From: Candidatus Yanofskybacteria bacterium CG10_big_fil_rev_8_21_14_0_10_36_16
GTDB taxonomy: Bacteria; Patescibacteriota; Minisyncoccia; 2-02-FULL-40-12; IGHO2-01-FULL-4-A
Direction of reading: 5' to 3'
NCBI GenBank assembly: GCA_002794035.1
Contig: PCXQ01000004.1
Location: 17,842-81,841, forward strand
DNA: 64,000 nt
The notes under the pieces are model-generated. The model was not told where the DNA came from. It worked only from the letters and a program-made list of their open reading frames with translations, and did no database searches. The position numbers and the translations under genes were made by a program. Each line of letters begins with the position of its first letter. Positions within the stretch are counted from its first letter, which is position 1. This document shows positions 49,072-58,743 of the stretch, one piece after another.

Positions 49072-50238
49072 ATGGATAATTTTATAAACAAAATAAAAAA
49101 GGTTCGCCCCAGTGAAATTAAAGGGTTTGTAATAAAATATGAAAAACCCCTTTCTTTCAGCGCTATGGTTTTAGGTTTTGTTATTGATGTCCTTACATTA
49201 ACAAGGGTTGATCTTTGGTTGGATAACCTTATCTTGCTTTCATACTTAGCGCTTTCAGGCATTATAATAATCCTTCTTAACAGTTTTTATGTTGGCAAAC
49301 TAAGACATTGGATATGGCAAAAATTAATTCCATGGGCACCTATTGGTCTTCAATTTGCCTTCGGCGGACTATTCAGCGGATTTGTTGTTCTTTATTCAAG
49401 AAGCGCTTCTCTTTCGGCGAGCTGGCTCTTCTTAGCAATAATGGCATTTCTTCTAATTGCCAATGAATTTTTTGAAAAAAGATATCATAAACCAACCTTC
49501 CAGCTCTCAATTTATTTCATAGCTATATTTTCTTATCTTATTTTTGCTGTCCCTGTTTTGATAAATAAAGTAGGAGCACTAACCTTTTTATTAAGTGGCT
49601 TTACTTCTCTATTCATTATTACCATAATTTTGCGTTTAATAGCTATATTTTCAGGACAAAAATTTTTCCCAAACCTTCGCAAAAATTCGGGAGTTTTAGA
49701 CATCAACTCACTAAACTCAACGAGCTGGCGCTCAGCATGGGTATCGGTTTTTTCTATTTATGTAGCATTTAATATCTTCTATTTCACAAGCATAATACCG
49801 CCAATTCCTCTATCTCTTAAAGATAAGGTTGTGGCCCATAGCATTCAAAGAACAAGCGAAGGCTATAGAGTTGTATATGAACCAGCTCCTTGGTATATGT
49901 TTTTTAAGGGTTTTAATAATGAATTTAATTATACAGAAGGTAATCCAGTATATATATTTAACTCTATCTTTGCACCAGCAGACATAGAAACAGAAGTTAT
50001 ACACGAGTGGCAAAATTACAATAAAGAAACAGGCAAATGGGAAACAGCCGGCAAAATTCAATATCACATATCTGGAGGACGCGATAAGGGATACCGAGGA
50101 TTTTCATTAAAAACAGGGGTTTGGCCCGGCAAGTGGCGCGTAAATGTAAAAACAAAAAACGGCCTCCTCTTGGGACGCATTAAATTTAAAATTGTTGAGG
50201 CAAAAGGACCGTTTGATTTAATTTCTGAAATAAGATAA
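49072..50238 (+). CDS. DUF2914 domain membrane protein
   Basis: QFAFG.L.S, IPP.PL.L, H.W, GGR..GYRG.S.K....G.WRV.V. Confidence 0.8.
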   Translation: MDNFINKIKKVRPSEIKGFVIKYEKPLSFSAMVLGFVIDVLTLTRVDLWLDNLILLSYLALSGIIIILLNSFYVGKLRHWIWQKLIPWAPIGLQFAFGGLFSGFVVLYSRSASLSASWLFLAIMAFLLIANEFFEKRYHKPTFQLSIYFIAIFSYLIFAVPVLINKVGALTFLLSGFTSLFIITIILRLIAIFSGQKFFPNLRKNSGVLDINSLNSTSWRSAWVSVFSIYVAFNIFYFTSIIPPIPLSLKDKVVAHSIQRTSEGYRVVYEPAPWYMFFKGFNNEFNYTEGNPVYIFNSIFAPADIETEVIHEWQNYNKETGKWETAGKIQYHISGGRDKGYRGFSLKTGVWPGKWRVNVKTKNGLLLGRIKFKIVEAKGPFDLISEIR

Positions 50239-50319
50239 AAAACAGACCCCTTATTACACAACCTGCTTGGTAATAAAAACCCCCGCCAAGGCGGGAGTTT
50301 TTTACATTTAGTTTATTTT

Positions 50320-50859
50320 TTAATTAAAAACTCTTGCTAACAAATCAAATAATTTAGTACTCTCAACTCCTGATGCTTGCACAAGAATTGCAACTGTATA
50401 TCCCGCGGCAACAGATAAAAGGGTTCCTAAACGAAAAACTTCTGAGGATGCGGATTTTTTGGCGGCAGGATTGTCATACATATCTCCATGGCTATCCGTT
50501 ACCTTGAAACCGCCAAGCGCCTTAACCACAAGCCAGGCAGCAAGAAGAATCATTTGATTAAAAACAAAAACAAAAGCGTAAAATAAAATTTCAAAAAGTC
50601 CCACAAGACGCTTTAATTTGCTATAACTTGGGTGTTCACTGACAAAACTCTCCCCTGTGCCTGACTCTCTGTGCCACTTATCTGTTAATGCGGCAATAAT
50701 CCAATTCACAGACAAGGCAAGGGCAATAGCTGAACCCAGCAAATAAAGACGATCGTAAAAATAAGCCAAAGCCAAAAACAAACTAAATAAGTGAAATGAT
50801 ACCAAAATAGTAATCAACCACATTATGTAATTTTGAATTGTTTTTTCATTATTAGACAT
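50320..50859 (-). CDS. hypothetical membrane protein
   Basis: 4-5 TM; VG.FE, W...KA, F..GTLLS. Confidence 0.6.
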   Translation of the reverse strand: MSNNEKTIQNYIMWLITILVSFHLFSLFLALAYFYDRLYLLGSAIALALSVNWIIAALTDKWHRESGTGESFVSEHPSYSKLKRLVGLFEILFYAFVFVFNQMILLAAWLVVKALGGFKVTDSHGDMYDNPAAKKSASSEVFRLGTLLSVAAGYTVAILVQASGVESTKLFDLLARVFN

Positions 50860-50964
50860 GACTATACAGACTTATCACTTATATTTTTTTAAGTCAAATA
50901 AAAATATGTTGACACCAAAATTAAAAAATGTTCACCATAATAAACATCCATTACCATTCCTGCA

Positions 50965-51000
50965 TTTCGTACTTATGTGCGGTCGCACATAAGTACGAAA
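50965..51000. repeat. perfect 17-bp inverted repeat
   Basis: TTTCGTACTTATGTGCG-gt-CGCACATAAGTACGAAA. Confidence 0.85.
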
Positions 51001-51003
51001 ACA

Positions 51004-52674
51004 TTAGAGTGTTTTTGAAAATTCAATTTTGTTTAAACGTCTAGGAGCAAAATACATCATGGCAACAACGGCAACAAAAGACATACTTACAAATATCCAA
51101 AACGGCATGACCGAACCATTCAAAAGATCAAACAGCACTCTTGCTCCAAAAGCACCATAACCTAATGATACAAAAATAAACCCAAGACCTGGTGCTGAAG
51201 TGCTTAATGATTCAGCATCATCTGTTTCAAAATTAGGGAAAATTGCTCCAAGCGATAAACCCAGGGTAGTCAGAAAAACGATAGCCAAAATAGCCAAACC
51301 AAAAAAGAAAATCTCTCCAGAAATCGGTAAATCAATTATGGATAGATTTATAAACGCCCCCACTGTTCCCACAACACTAAAACTTACTGTATAAAAAAGC
51401 CACTTAGCCTTAAATAAACTCTTTAAATTTAAAGGAGAAGAAGCTAGGATCCAAGCAGTTTTTCTTTCAGTACTAAATGAAGGAAAGGCAAAACGTAAGA
51501 CAAAAGCTGCTACAAAAAACATTGCCGTAGCAAATTGTATAACCTGCAAAAACTCAGGGGTAATATCTAAACGTCCGCCAAATTTTAATGCTTCTTTGGC
51601 AACAAAATTATTAAGTCCAGTTTGTAAAAAAAACAAAACCGCAAAAAACCCAAACCATAAAACATTTTTCATAGTACGAGCATTAACTAAAACTTCTTTT
51701 TCAAAAACAGCACCTAGAGGACTCTTGAAAAATCTTGGAAATTTTGCAGGTTTATTTCTTGAGTGCCCTGATGAACTTGCTACATAATTGCCTTCCTGAA
51801 GTTTCTGCCACAACTCCAAATGCCACCTTGAGAAAATCAAGAATAAACCTCCAGATATTGTAGCAATAAATGCAGTCGCCAAAAGCCAAATAAAAGAATT
51901 TGCGGTTTCACCATATTGAGACATCCATACCGAAAGCGCCGGCAAATGACTGGGTAGAACCTGAAATGTTTCCTTAATTACCCCTGTGCCAACTTCCTGT
52001 TCAATATCCGCAACTTGAAAATAATCCCTAACACTAAAGTCTGTTATATGCTGCCAACTAACCCAGAGACTAAATACAAAAAATATAGCTATTAGCCCAA
52101 TAAGGATACCAAATTTAATTTTACCCTTTGCAAAAAAATTATAAATTTTAGCTAACAACATCACAGAAGCCAAAGCCAAGCCTGCAACAAAAGCCACAAA
52201 TAGCAAAATAGCAAGCCCTGCAACAAAAACACTAAAAAACCCGATGGTGGGAAAGGATGTTTTCATAGCTAAAAGCACCGGCAAGCCAATTATAAAAAAG
52301 GGCCACAAAGATGTCAGAATCGTTCTTAAATAAGAATACTCGGGAACAATATCATAATGAGGCGATGCCATAATCCACCGGTTGTCACGGCTTGATTTAA
52401 ACAGTAAATATGTTCCGCTTATTAATGAGCTGAAGAATACAAGGTATCCTATAAAAAGCAGGAACATTTCATAAACATAAAGAGTGAGCGCAGAAGTGAG
52501 CAAAGAATCATGCAAGGTAAATCTAAAAATTTCTTTTAAAAACGAATAAATACCAAAACCGACACCGGCAAAAAGCAACAAAAACAAAAAAACAGTTGCT
52601 AATTTTGCAAAACGATTTTTTTCAAAATGCCGCTTTATACGATTTATGTGGTAAGAAAATAGTACGGTTAACAT
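51004..52674 (-). CDS. putative ABC exporter permease
   Basis: About 12 TM; RF.FP..S.E...W....SP, G...GA.FP.F; follows the ABC ATPase gene. Confidence 0.8.
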   Translation of the reverse strand: MLTVLFSYHINRIKRHFEKNRFAKLATVFLFLLLFAGVGFGIYSFLKEIFRFTLHDSLLTSALTLYVYEMFLLFIGYLVFFSSLISGTYLLFKSSRDNRWIMASPHYDIVPEYSYLRTILTSLWPFFIIGLPVLLAMKTSFPTIGFFSVFVAGLAILLFVAFVAGLALASVMLLAKIYNFFAKGKIKFGILIGLIAIFFVFSLWVSWQHITDFSVRDYFQVADIEQEVGTGVIKETFQVLPSHLPALSVWMSQYGETANSFIWLLATAFIATISGGLFLIFSRWHLELWQKLQEGNYVASSSGHSRNKPAKFPRFFKSPLGAVFEKEVLVNARTMKNVLWFGFFAVLFFLQTGLNNFVAKEALKFGGRLDITPEFLQVIQFATAMFFVAAFVLRFAFPSFSTERKTAWILASSPLNLKSLFKAKWLFYTVSFSVVGTVGAFINLSIIDLPISGEIFFFGLAILAIVFLTTLGLSLGAIFPNFETDDAESLSTSAPGLGFIFVSLGYGAFGARVLFDLLNGSVMPFWIFVSMSFVAVVAMMYFAPRRLNKIEFSKTL

Positions 52675-52694
52675 TATATTTTTTATTTAACTTT

Positions 52695-52821
52695 AAAATC
52701 CAAAACTCAAAATCCAAAATCTAAACCAATTATTAAATCCCGATAATTAAAAGGAATTTATTTTTTTAAAAATTTTTGGCTTTAGATTTGGTTGGAATTT
52801 TGGGCTTTGAATTTTGGATTT
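52695..52821. repeat. inverted arrays of 7-bp repeats (AAAATCC type)
   Basis: aaaatcc aaaactc aaaatcc aaaatct ... complementary array gaatttt gggcttt gaatttt ggattt. Confidence 0.8.
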
Positions 52822-52831
52822 ATAGCCAAAT

Positions 52832-53554
52832 CTATTTTGTCAACCTACTATAAACATCTTCCAGAGTTGCCTCTTCCCCCAAAACAGCCTTGCTTCTTAA
52901 TTCAGACATTGTTCCAACTTCAAGCAATTTTCCTTCTTTTAATACCCCTATTCTAGAAGCAATATTTTGAGCTACAGTCAACGTGTGAGTAACCACAAGA
53001 ACAGAACCTCCTTTGTCAGCATATTCTTTTAATTTTTGTTGCGCTATTTTGGCGCTTTCAGGATCTAAGCCCACAATTGGCTCATCAATTAGTAAAAGTT
53101 TTGGATTATGAAGCAATGCAGCAAGCACTGTAAATTTTTGTTTGTTCCCTCTTGAGTAATTCTCAAAATAATCACCCTCTATCCCCTCAAGATTAAAAAT
53201 TGATAATAATTCAGGTATCTTAGCTTCCTGTTCATGTTCGGGTACTCCGTATAAAGTCCCTATAAAATACAAAAACTCCTCACCAGTAATAGAAGGCCAG
53301 ACAGAAGGCTCATCGGGTATATAACCCTCTAATGATTTTGCTTCCTCCGGCTCCGCAACTATATTGTGTTCTCCCACCAAGATGTTCCCAGAGTCAGGCC
53401 TTAAAAGACCTGCGATACATTTAGTAATAGTAGTTTTTCCGGAACCATTTGGACCAATAAGCGCAAATATTTCTCCTTCTTTTATTTCAAAGTCTATATT
53501 GCCCACGGCAATTTTTTCCCCAAATTTTTTAGTTAAGTTTTTTACTTTAAGCAT
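52832..53554 (-). CDS. ABC transporter ATP-binding protein
   Basis: GPNGSGKTT, YSRG.KQK, DEP..GLDP. Confidence 0.92.
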   Translation of the reverse strand: MLKVKNLTKKFGEKIAVGNIDFEIKEGEIFALIGPNGSGKTTITKCIAGLLRPDSGNILVGEHNIVAEPEEAKSLEGYIPDEPSVWPSITGEEFLYFIGTLYGVPEHEQEAKIPELLSIFNLEGIEGDYFENYSRGNKQKFTVLAALLHNPKLLLIDEPIVGLDPESAKIAQQKLKEYADKGGSVLVVTHTLTVAQNIASRIGVLKEGKLLEVGTMSELRSKAVLGEEATLEDVYSRLTK

Positions 53555-53648
53555 AAGCTAAATAATAACACATTAACCCGATATATAATATCAACAAAAA
53601 CAGCTCCGCAAAACGGAGCCGTTTTAATACTTATTCAAAAATATTTCC

Positions 53649-53894
53649 TTATTGGTCGCTATTTCTTATAGCAGCAAATATCAAATCAGCCAATTCTTGA
53701 GGAGTGGTGCTATCTGTGTAATCAACATCGTATTTATCTGCTATTTCCCTTAGTGTATTTATTGACTCTGTACTTCCTGACTCTACTAATTCGCTTATAT
53801 AATCTTGGCTGGGTTCGCCAAACTCATCAAGCCATTCACTTGCCTCCTCAATTGGTTTTTCTGTTTCTTCAATTGTTTTATTATTTTCGTCCAT
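53649..53894 (-). CDS. small acidic hypothetical protein
   Basis: 81-aa Glu/Asp-rich ORF with a downstream hairpin. Confidence 0.55.
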   Translation of the reverse strand: MDENNKTIEETEKPIEEASEWLDEFGEPSQDYISELVESGSTESINTLREIADKYDVDYTDSTTPQELADLIFAAIRNSDQ

Positions 53895-53960
53895 AATTTA
53901 ATGATAACAAACCTTATTTTAAATTCAAGAGATGAATCTGTGATGAAAATTTAAAAAGTT

Positions 53961-55253
53961 TTATAAACTGTTTGCAAAGTCCCTAATCCAATTCTCGTTT
54001 GTTGCACCTGTTGGATATGAATTAATTTCAGTCCAGTTAACAGGGGCAATTTGTTTTTCTGCAAGACCAATCTGGCTTAGTAATTGATCAGATACAAAAT
54101 ATTTTATTCCGCCATCCAAAAAGTAAATCTTGCGAGGCCATATACCCTCAAGATAAATAAATTTATTATCAGGAAAACTATAAACAGAACCCGTAGCGCC
54201 AGGTGGTACAACCAAAACGTCTCCCCACTCATTTCCGTATGAAAGAAAAACTTGTTCGTTAGGAACATGACGTTTTAATCCTTTTTCGGTAACATAATAA
54301 ACCTTATAATCATTTTGAACTCTAACTAAGCTACCCAATGGTATGTCCACAGTTAAAGAACCCTTGATGGCAGAAGCCGAAACTGATTGCTCAACGCCCA
54401 AAACCTTACAATAAACAGGATCATTGCAATTTATTGGCCCCCAAACGCCGTCTGTGTCCCTCTCTAAATCTCTTCTGTCAGGATTTTCTAATTGTACCGC
54501 TAATATATATCCAAATCCTCTAATGTTTTCTAAGGCGCCTGTAACACTTTTATAATCATAATCAATTATTGACCCGTCTATGGCAGGAATTGAGGCAGGC
54601 ATTTTACTAATATATTGTCTGCCTGAACTATTTTTTCTTGTTAAAACATTTCCTAATTCTCTCCATCTAATATCCGGATTTACCCCGTTAACTATCGGGT
54701 AATTTCCCTTATCATTAAAGTAATATCTCAATGCTGAAGCAACCTTATTAAGGTCTGAAATTCTCCTGCTGTCATTTTTGTCTTTAAGGCGGTCTCCACC
54801 TTCTCTAAAATTTAAGGTTATAGATTCAATAAAAGGACTTTGACTATCATTTGAAGGTCTGGTTAAAACAGCAGCCCACCTAAGCTCTCTGCCTGATGTT
54901 TGAAATTGACTTAAATATCCCGGGATAAGCTGTATCCAGGAATCTCCCCCGTCATTGCTAGCAAAGTAAACTATTCTAGAACCTCCGGGCAATGAATGTG
55001 CCGCACTCATAGAAATATTGGTGATATCATAACTTGTACGTCTAACATTTCTAGACTCAACACGGGAAGCCGAGGATTCATCTGCAATAAAAATACGCCC
55101 GCTTCTTATTTCTGCAGTAGTAACATCAGGGTTAATATTTCGTGTGCTATCAAAAGTATCAGTAAACACAAAGCTTTCCGCAACTAAAGAAAGCGGGAAA
55201 AAGCTTAAAAAAGCCAATGAGATCAATAATGTTGTAGATAAAATCTTGTTCAT
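53961..55253 (-). CDS. secreted protein with internal pilin/GspG-like domain and surface repeats
   Basis: Signal peptide; DSRRISDL..V..AL..YF.D.G.YP; KVYYV..G.KRH.P....F.SYG..W. Confidence 0.65.
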   Translation of the reverse strand: MNKILSTTLLISLAFLSFFPLSLVAESFVFTDTFDSTRNINPDVTTAEIRSGRIFIADESSASRVESRNVRRTSYDITNISMSAAHSLPGGSRIVYFASNDGGDSWIQLIPGYLSQFQTSGRELRWAAVLTRPSNDSQSPFIESITLNFREGGDRLKDKNDSRRISDLNKVASALRYYFNDKGNYPIVNGVNPDIRWRELGNVLTRKNSSGRQYISKMPASIPAIDGSIIDYDYKSVTGALENIRGFGYILAVQLENPDRRDLERDTDGVWGPINCNDPVYCKVLGVEQSVSASAIKGSLTVDIPLGSLVRVQNDYKVYYVTEKGLKRHVPNEQVFLSYGNEWGDVLVVPPGATGSVYSFPDNKFIYLEGIWPRKIYFLDGGIKYFVSDQLLSQIGLAEKQIAPVNWTEINSYPTGATNENWIRDFANSL

Positions 55254-55425
55254 AATCTTATTATACATCTTAAATTATATTTAGTCAATATAGAGATAAT
55301 AATATTTTTTTTAAAAACATTTTAAAAAATCCGCACTTTTGATGCGAATTTGGGTAGCATTCTTTAATAATGGGACATATCGTATAAACTCATTAATCCC
55401 AAATAACTTAAATTGTGTTTTTAAA

Positions 55426-56601
55426 TCAGTAAGCCGCTACAAGAGGAACATCGTCTCCCGATGGATAATAATCTAACTCTTCTTGAGTAACTGTATAAAT
55501 TTCATCCGAATCCCAACCAAAATAACCCCAAGCACTTAAACAATTTGAAACAGAACAATTCATCCTGTGTTTAACCCATTGATTATCTATTTCATAAACC
55601 GTTCCATTTATATTGTTATCCCCCGGCGGCAAAACAACCCATTTAGATTTTAAATACCCATCAAGAATTCCATCGGATACAATTTTTATACCTTCTTGAG
55701 AAATATTCGGATACCATTGGCTTATTTTTTCAACAGGTACTTTCCGTCTATACTTTTTATCCGAAACATTTTTGATTATATAGACATCTGAGCTTGAATT
55801 TTCTCTGACCAAATCCCCGCTCTTTAAATCGCTCTCGGATATCAGTGGCGTAGAATGCACGGCAAACTGTGTGCCTATTTCAGCAAAATCATAAACCTTT
55901 TTTGAATCTCCTTCATAAAGGCGGATACATCCTCCTGAGTATTTAGTTTCAATACGTTTTCCACCCGGCCAATAAGGCCACTCGTGTATAAAGTAATCCC
56001 CCTCAAATTGCATACTCCAAGGCATCCAAACATGTGATAAACTAGAAAAATGATTTGTTTCTTTTGTTTTAATACTAAAATTTCCCTGAATTGTAGGTGA
56101 AGTAGCTGGATTACCCTTGCCGGCAATTTTAAAAGTTTCAACTACTTTACCGTTTTGATACAAAGTCATAGTCATTGTTTGAAGATTTGCTTCTATAAAC
56201 TTGCCTTCAAGGGGAATGCCGTTAATCTTATTAGGCAATGGAATATTTTCATCAACCATCACAAAATATTCTTTTGCTATCGGCATAATAAGACCAAGGC
56301 CATATGTGGGCAACCCAACATTAACCTTATAGCTCATTCCGGGTTCAAATCCTTTTCGGGGCAAAAAGTGTAATTCCCTAAAATCATCTATCCAAACCAG
56401 TTCTCCATCAATAACAGGATTGATACTAAAAGAATTAATCGCCATATCTTTGTCTATCCACTTTGGCAACTTAATAATAATTTGATCACCTGTTTCAGGC
56501 GAAGAAAAATAATCAACTCTAACAAAGCTGTCAAAAAACAAAACTCCCACCGCAACGGCGGAGAATACCACAACCACAATTACTATCAAACCCTTGTACA
56601 T
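55426..56601 (-). CDS. L,D-transpeptidase (YkuD) family protein
   Basis: Q...LY.NG, T..G.F.I..K, MP..M.F...YFIH.W....SGGCIRL. Confidence 0.85.
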   Translation of the reverse strand: MYKGLIVIVVVVFSAVAVGVLFFDSFVRVDYFSSPETGDQIIIKLPKWIDKDMAINSFSINPVIDGELVWIDDFRELHFLPRKGFEPGMSYKVNVGLPTYGLGLIMPIAKEYFVMVDENIPLPNKINGIPLEGKFIEANLQTMTMTLYQNGKVVETFKIAGKGNPATSPTIQGNFSIKTKETNHFSSLSHVWMPWSMQFEGDYFIHEWPYWPGGKRIETKYSGGCIRLYEGDSKKVYDFAEIGTQFAVHSTPLISESDLKSGDLVRENSSSDVYIIKNVSDKKYRRKVPVEKISQWYPNISQEGIKIVSDGILDGYLKSKWVVLPPGDNNINGTVYEIDNQWVKHRMNCSVSNCLSAWGYFGWDSDEIYTVTQEELDYYPSGDDVPLVAAY

Positions 56602-56671
56602 ATCGTTATAATAACAAAAAAACCCTCATCTTTTAAGACAAGGGTTTTCTTTTGATTAGTAAACTATATTC

Positions 56672-57430
56672 TTAAAAATATATTTCTATATCTGCTCCTT
56701 CTTCCAACTGGTCAATTGTTGAAGCCAATATTTGATTTAATTTCTGATTTTCTATGTATCGGACTATATCTTCTCTTACATCTTCAAGAGGCGGGGCTTC
56801 AGCACCTTGGGCTTTCAACTGTTCATAAAAAGCGTTTACCTCTTCTTCTGAAGCAGTTAGCTCTTCTCCTGAAATCTGTTTTATATACTCTTGAGCAGTT
56901 AGCTGGTTTTTAATATTTGACTTAAACTGTTCTTCGCTTACGTTATTATCTGAAAGGAGTTTATTGAATGCTTCTTCACCGCCGGCGTTTTCCATGGCAT
57001 CGTTAAAAAATGTATCTACATCTTCCTGAGAAATTTCAATTCCTTTTTTTTCTGCTTCCTGCAAAACCAAACGTTCTCTTATTAGTCCTCTCAAGGTCTT
57101 ATCCTTAGCTTCTTTAACTTGCTCTTCATTTGTTGTATCTAAACCTTGGCTTTCTAGCGTGGCTAGAGACTGGCCATATCTTAACTCAAGTTCGCTAATT
57201 TTTATTTTTTCTCCATTAATCTCGGCTGCCACTCCTGATATTTTGTTAACAAAGTTGGATATATCGCCAAGATTGTCTGCCTGGGTATAAGCCAATGCAC
57301 CAGCAATAAGAATCACCACAAGAACTAGCGTATAAACCCAAGGCTTTGCCCTCTTCTTCTTAGATTTTTTTTGAGGCTCATCTTCCTCTAATTCTTCTGT
57401 TTCTTCTAATGTTTTTTCTTCATCTGACAT
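56672..57430 (-). CDS. SurA N-terminal domain chaperone
   Basis: TM, AA.INGE.I, LI...L..QEA.K.GI, A.IE. Confidence 0.85.
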   Translation of the reverse strand: MSDEEKTLEETEELEEDEPQKKSKKKRAKPWVYTLVLVVILIAGALAYTQADNLGDISNFVNKISGVAAEINGEKIKISELELRYGQSLATLESQGLDTTNEEQVKEAKDKTLRGLIRERLVLQEAEKKGIEISQEDVDTFFNDAMENAGGEEAFNKLLSDNNVSEEQFKSNIKNQLTAQEYIKQISGEELTASEEEVNAFYEQLKAQGAEAPPLEDVREDIVRYIENQKLNQILASTIDQLEEGADIEIYF

Positions 57431-57549
57431 AATTTATAGATTAAATTTGAACACAAATTTAATAATTAAATTGTTTATTAGTTTTCAAATTATTTCACAA
57501 AACAAAAACAAATGCAAACGCCAGAAATGCTCACCCTGTGCATAATTAA

Positions 57550-57613
57550 ATCCCCACACTCATCCGCAACAACTCAAAGTTGAGTGTCGGGACTAATACA
57601 TGAGTGTGGGGAT
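57550..57613. repeat. nested palindromic element
   Basis: 14-bp stem ATCCCCACACTCAT/ATGAGTGTGGGGAT enclosing an ACTCAA/TTGAGT hairpin. Confidence 0.75.
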
Positions 57614-57638
57614 AAAAGGTCCAGTCAAGGCTGGGCCA

Positions 57639-58082
57639 TTAGTCCAAAATCACATCTTTCGGAAAATTTCTCATTTTTTCAAGTAATTCCCTTGCCTTGC
57701 CGCACTGTATAAGATCGCTAGGGTCTATCCTTGTTCTTCCTGTTGAATCAATATAAATAGGTGCGAAAGGCGGTATATCTCCTCTTTTTATGTCTTTTGC
57801 AAACTCTTCTCTATCTAACTGATATTCATGGAATCTAACCTTCTCTTGAATTTCTGAATCAATTAATCCAACCCCAAAAATAATAAAAATTATTAAACCA
57901 GCAAGAAATATGGACCCTGCTTCTTTAAACAAATGAATACACAAAAAAACAAATAACAACGCAATAAAATACAACATCAATAATGAACCGAAGGATTTAA
58001 GATGATAAACAATCCTTCTTTTTAATGAACGTCTTTTCCGCCAATATTCAAATGCGTCAATGCTCTTCTTTTTTTTGCCCAT
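57639..58082 (-). CDS. orphan membrane protein
   Basis: GGAGG SD before ATG at 58082; two TM. Confidence 0.6.
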   Translation of the reverse strand: MGKKKKSIDAFEYWRKRRSLKRRIVYHLKSFGSLLMLYFIALLFVFLCIHLFKEAGSIFLAGLIIFIIFGVGLIDSEIQEKVRFHEYQLDREEFAKDIKRGDIPPFAPIYIDSTGRTRIDPSDLIQCGKARELLEKMRNFPKDVILD

Positions 58083-58200
58083 ATCTGCCTCCAAAATTCT
58101 AAATTTTATCAACGAACTAAAGACATAGTAACACAATATCAGCATTTTTATAAAGAGTTCGGAAAATTAAAAGCCCCTAATAAAACGAGGCTCAGAAATA

Positions 58201-58458
58201 TTATTCAGAGCAAATCCACCCCACACGAGGCTCATAACAATCTGGATTAACAATTGGGTTTTCAAAATTGACTGACAGCTGTGCAAAACTTAGTGCGATA
58301 GCTGCCAGAAAAAAAATAATGATAATGCCTACTACAGGACCATAATCATCGGATTCATTTATATTTTCCTTTGATTCTGGATTCTTTAAATCACAGAGTG
58401 CCTTTATGCCACCCCCAAAACGTGTTGGGTTATTCATCACAGCAAACATCCTTTTCAA
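58201..58458 (-). CDS. small orphan membrane protein
   Basis: One TM; TAGACA-17-TATACT upstream; start uncertain. Confidence 0.45.
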   Translation of the reverse strand: MKRMFAVMNNPTRFGGGIKALCDLKNPESKENINESDDYGPVVGIIIIFFLAAIALSFAQLSVNFENPIVNPDCYEPRVGWICSE

Positions 58459-58594
58459 ATAATTAAAATAACTAAAAACAGTATAACATGGTTATACTGT
58501 TTTGTCTATCCCGCTCTTGAAATTTTCAAGAGTTTTACATTATCTTGCACATTCGCGCTACTGCGCTCAGTACTTCCTCGCCTTCGTTCGTCAG

Positions 58595-58667
58595 GGTGAC
58601 CGACGGGATTTGAACCCGTAACCCCCGCCTCCACAAAGCGGTGCTCTGCCGTTGAGCTACGATCACC
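58595..58667 (-). tRNA. tRNA-His(GTG)
   Basis: Full cloverleaf, loop TTGTGGA, G-1 and C73, no encoded CCA. Confidence 0.95.
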
Positions 58668-58743
58668 ATATTATGGTTTAATTTTCACAAAACCATCTTT
58701 ACAATTCCCAACACCAAAGTCGTCGGGACTACGATCACCATAT

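Noticed and set aside
58547-58594. Hammerhead ribozyme, from CUGACGA and GAA motifs
   Set aside because: The core order CUGANGA-stem II-GAAA-stem III-UH cannot be assembled, and the second copy reads CUGACAA.
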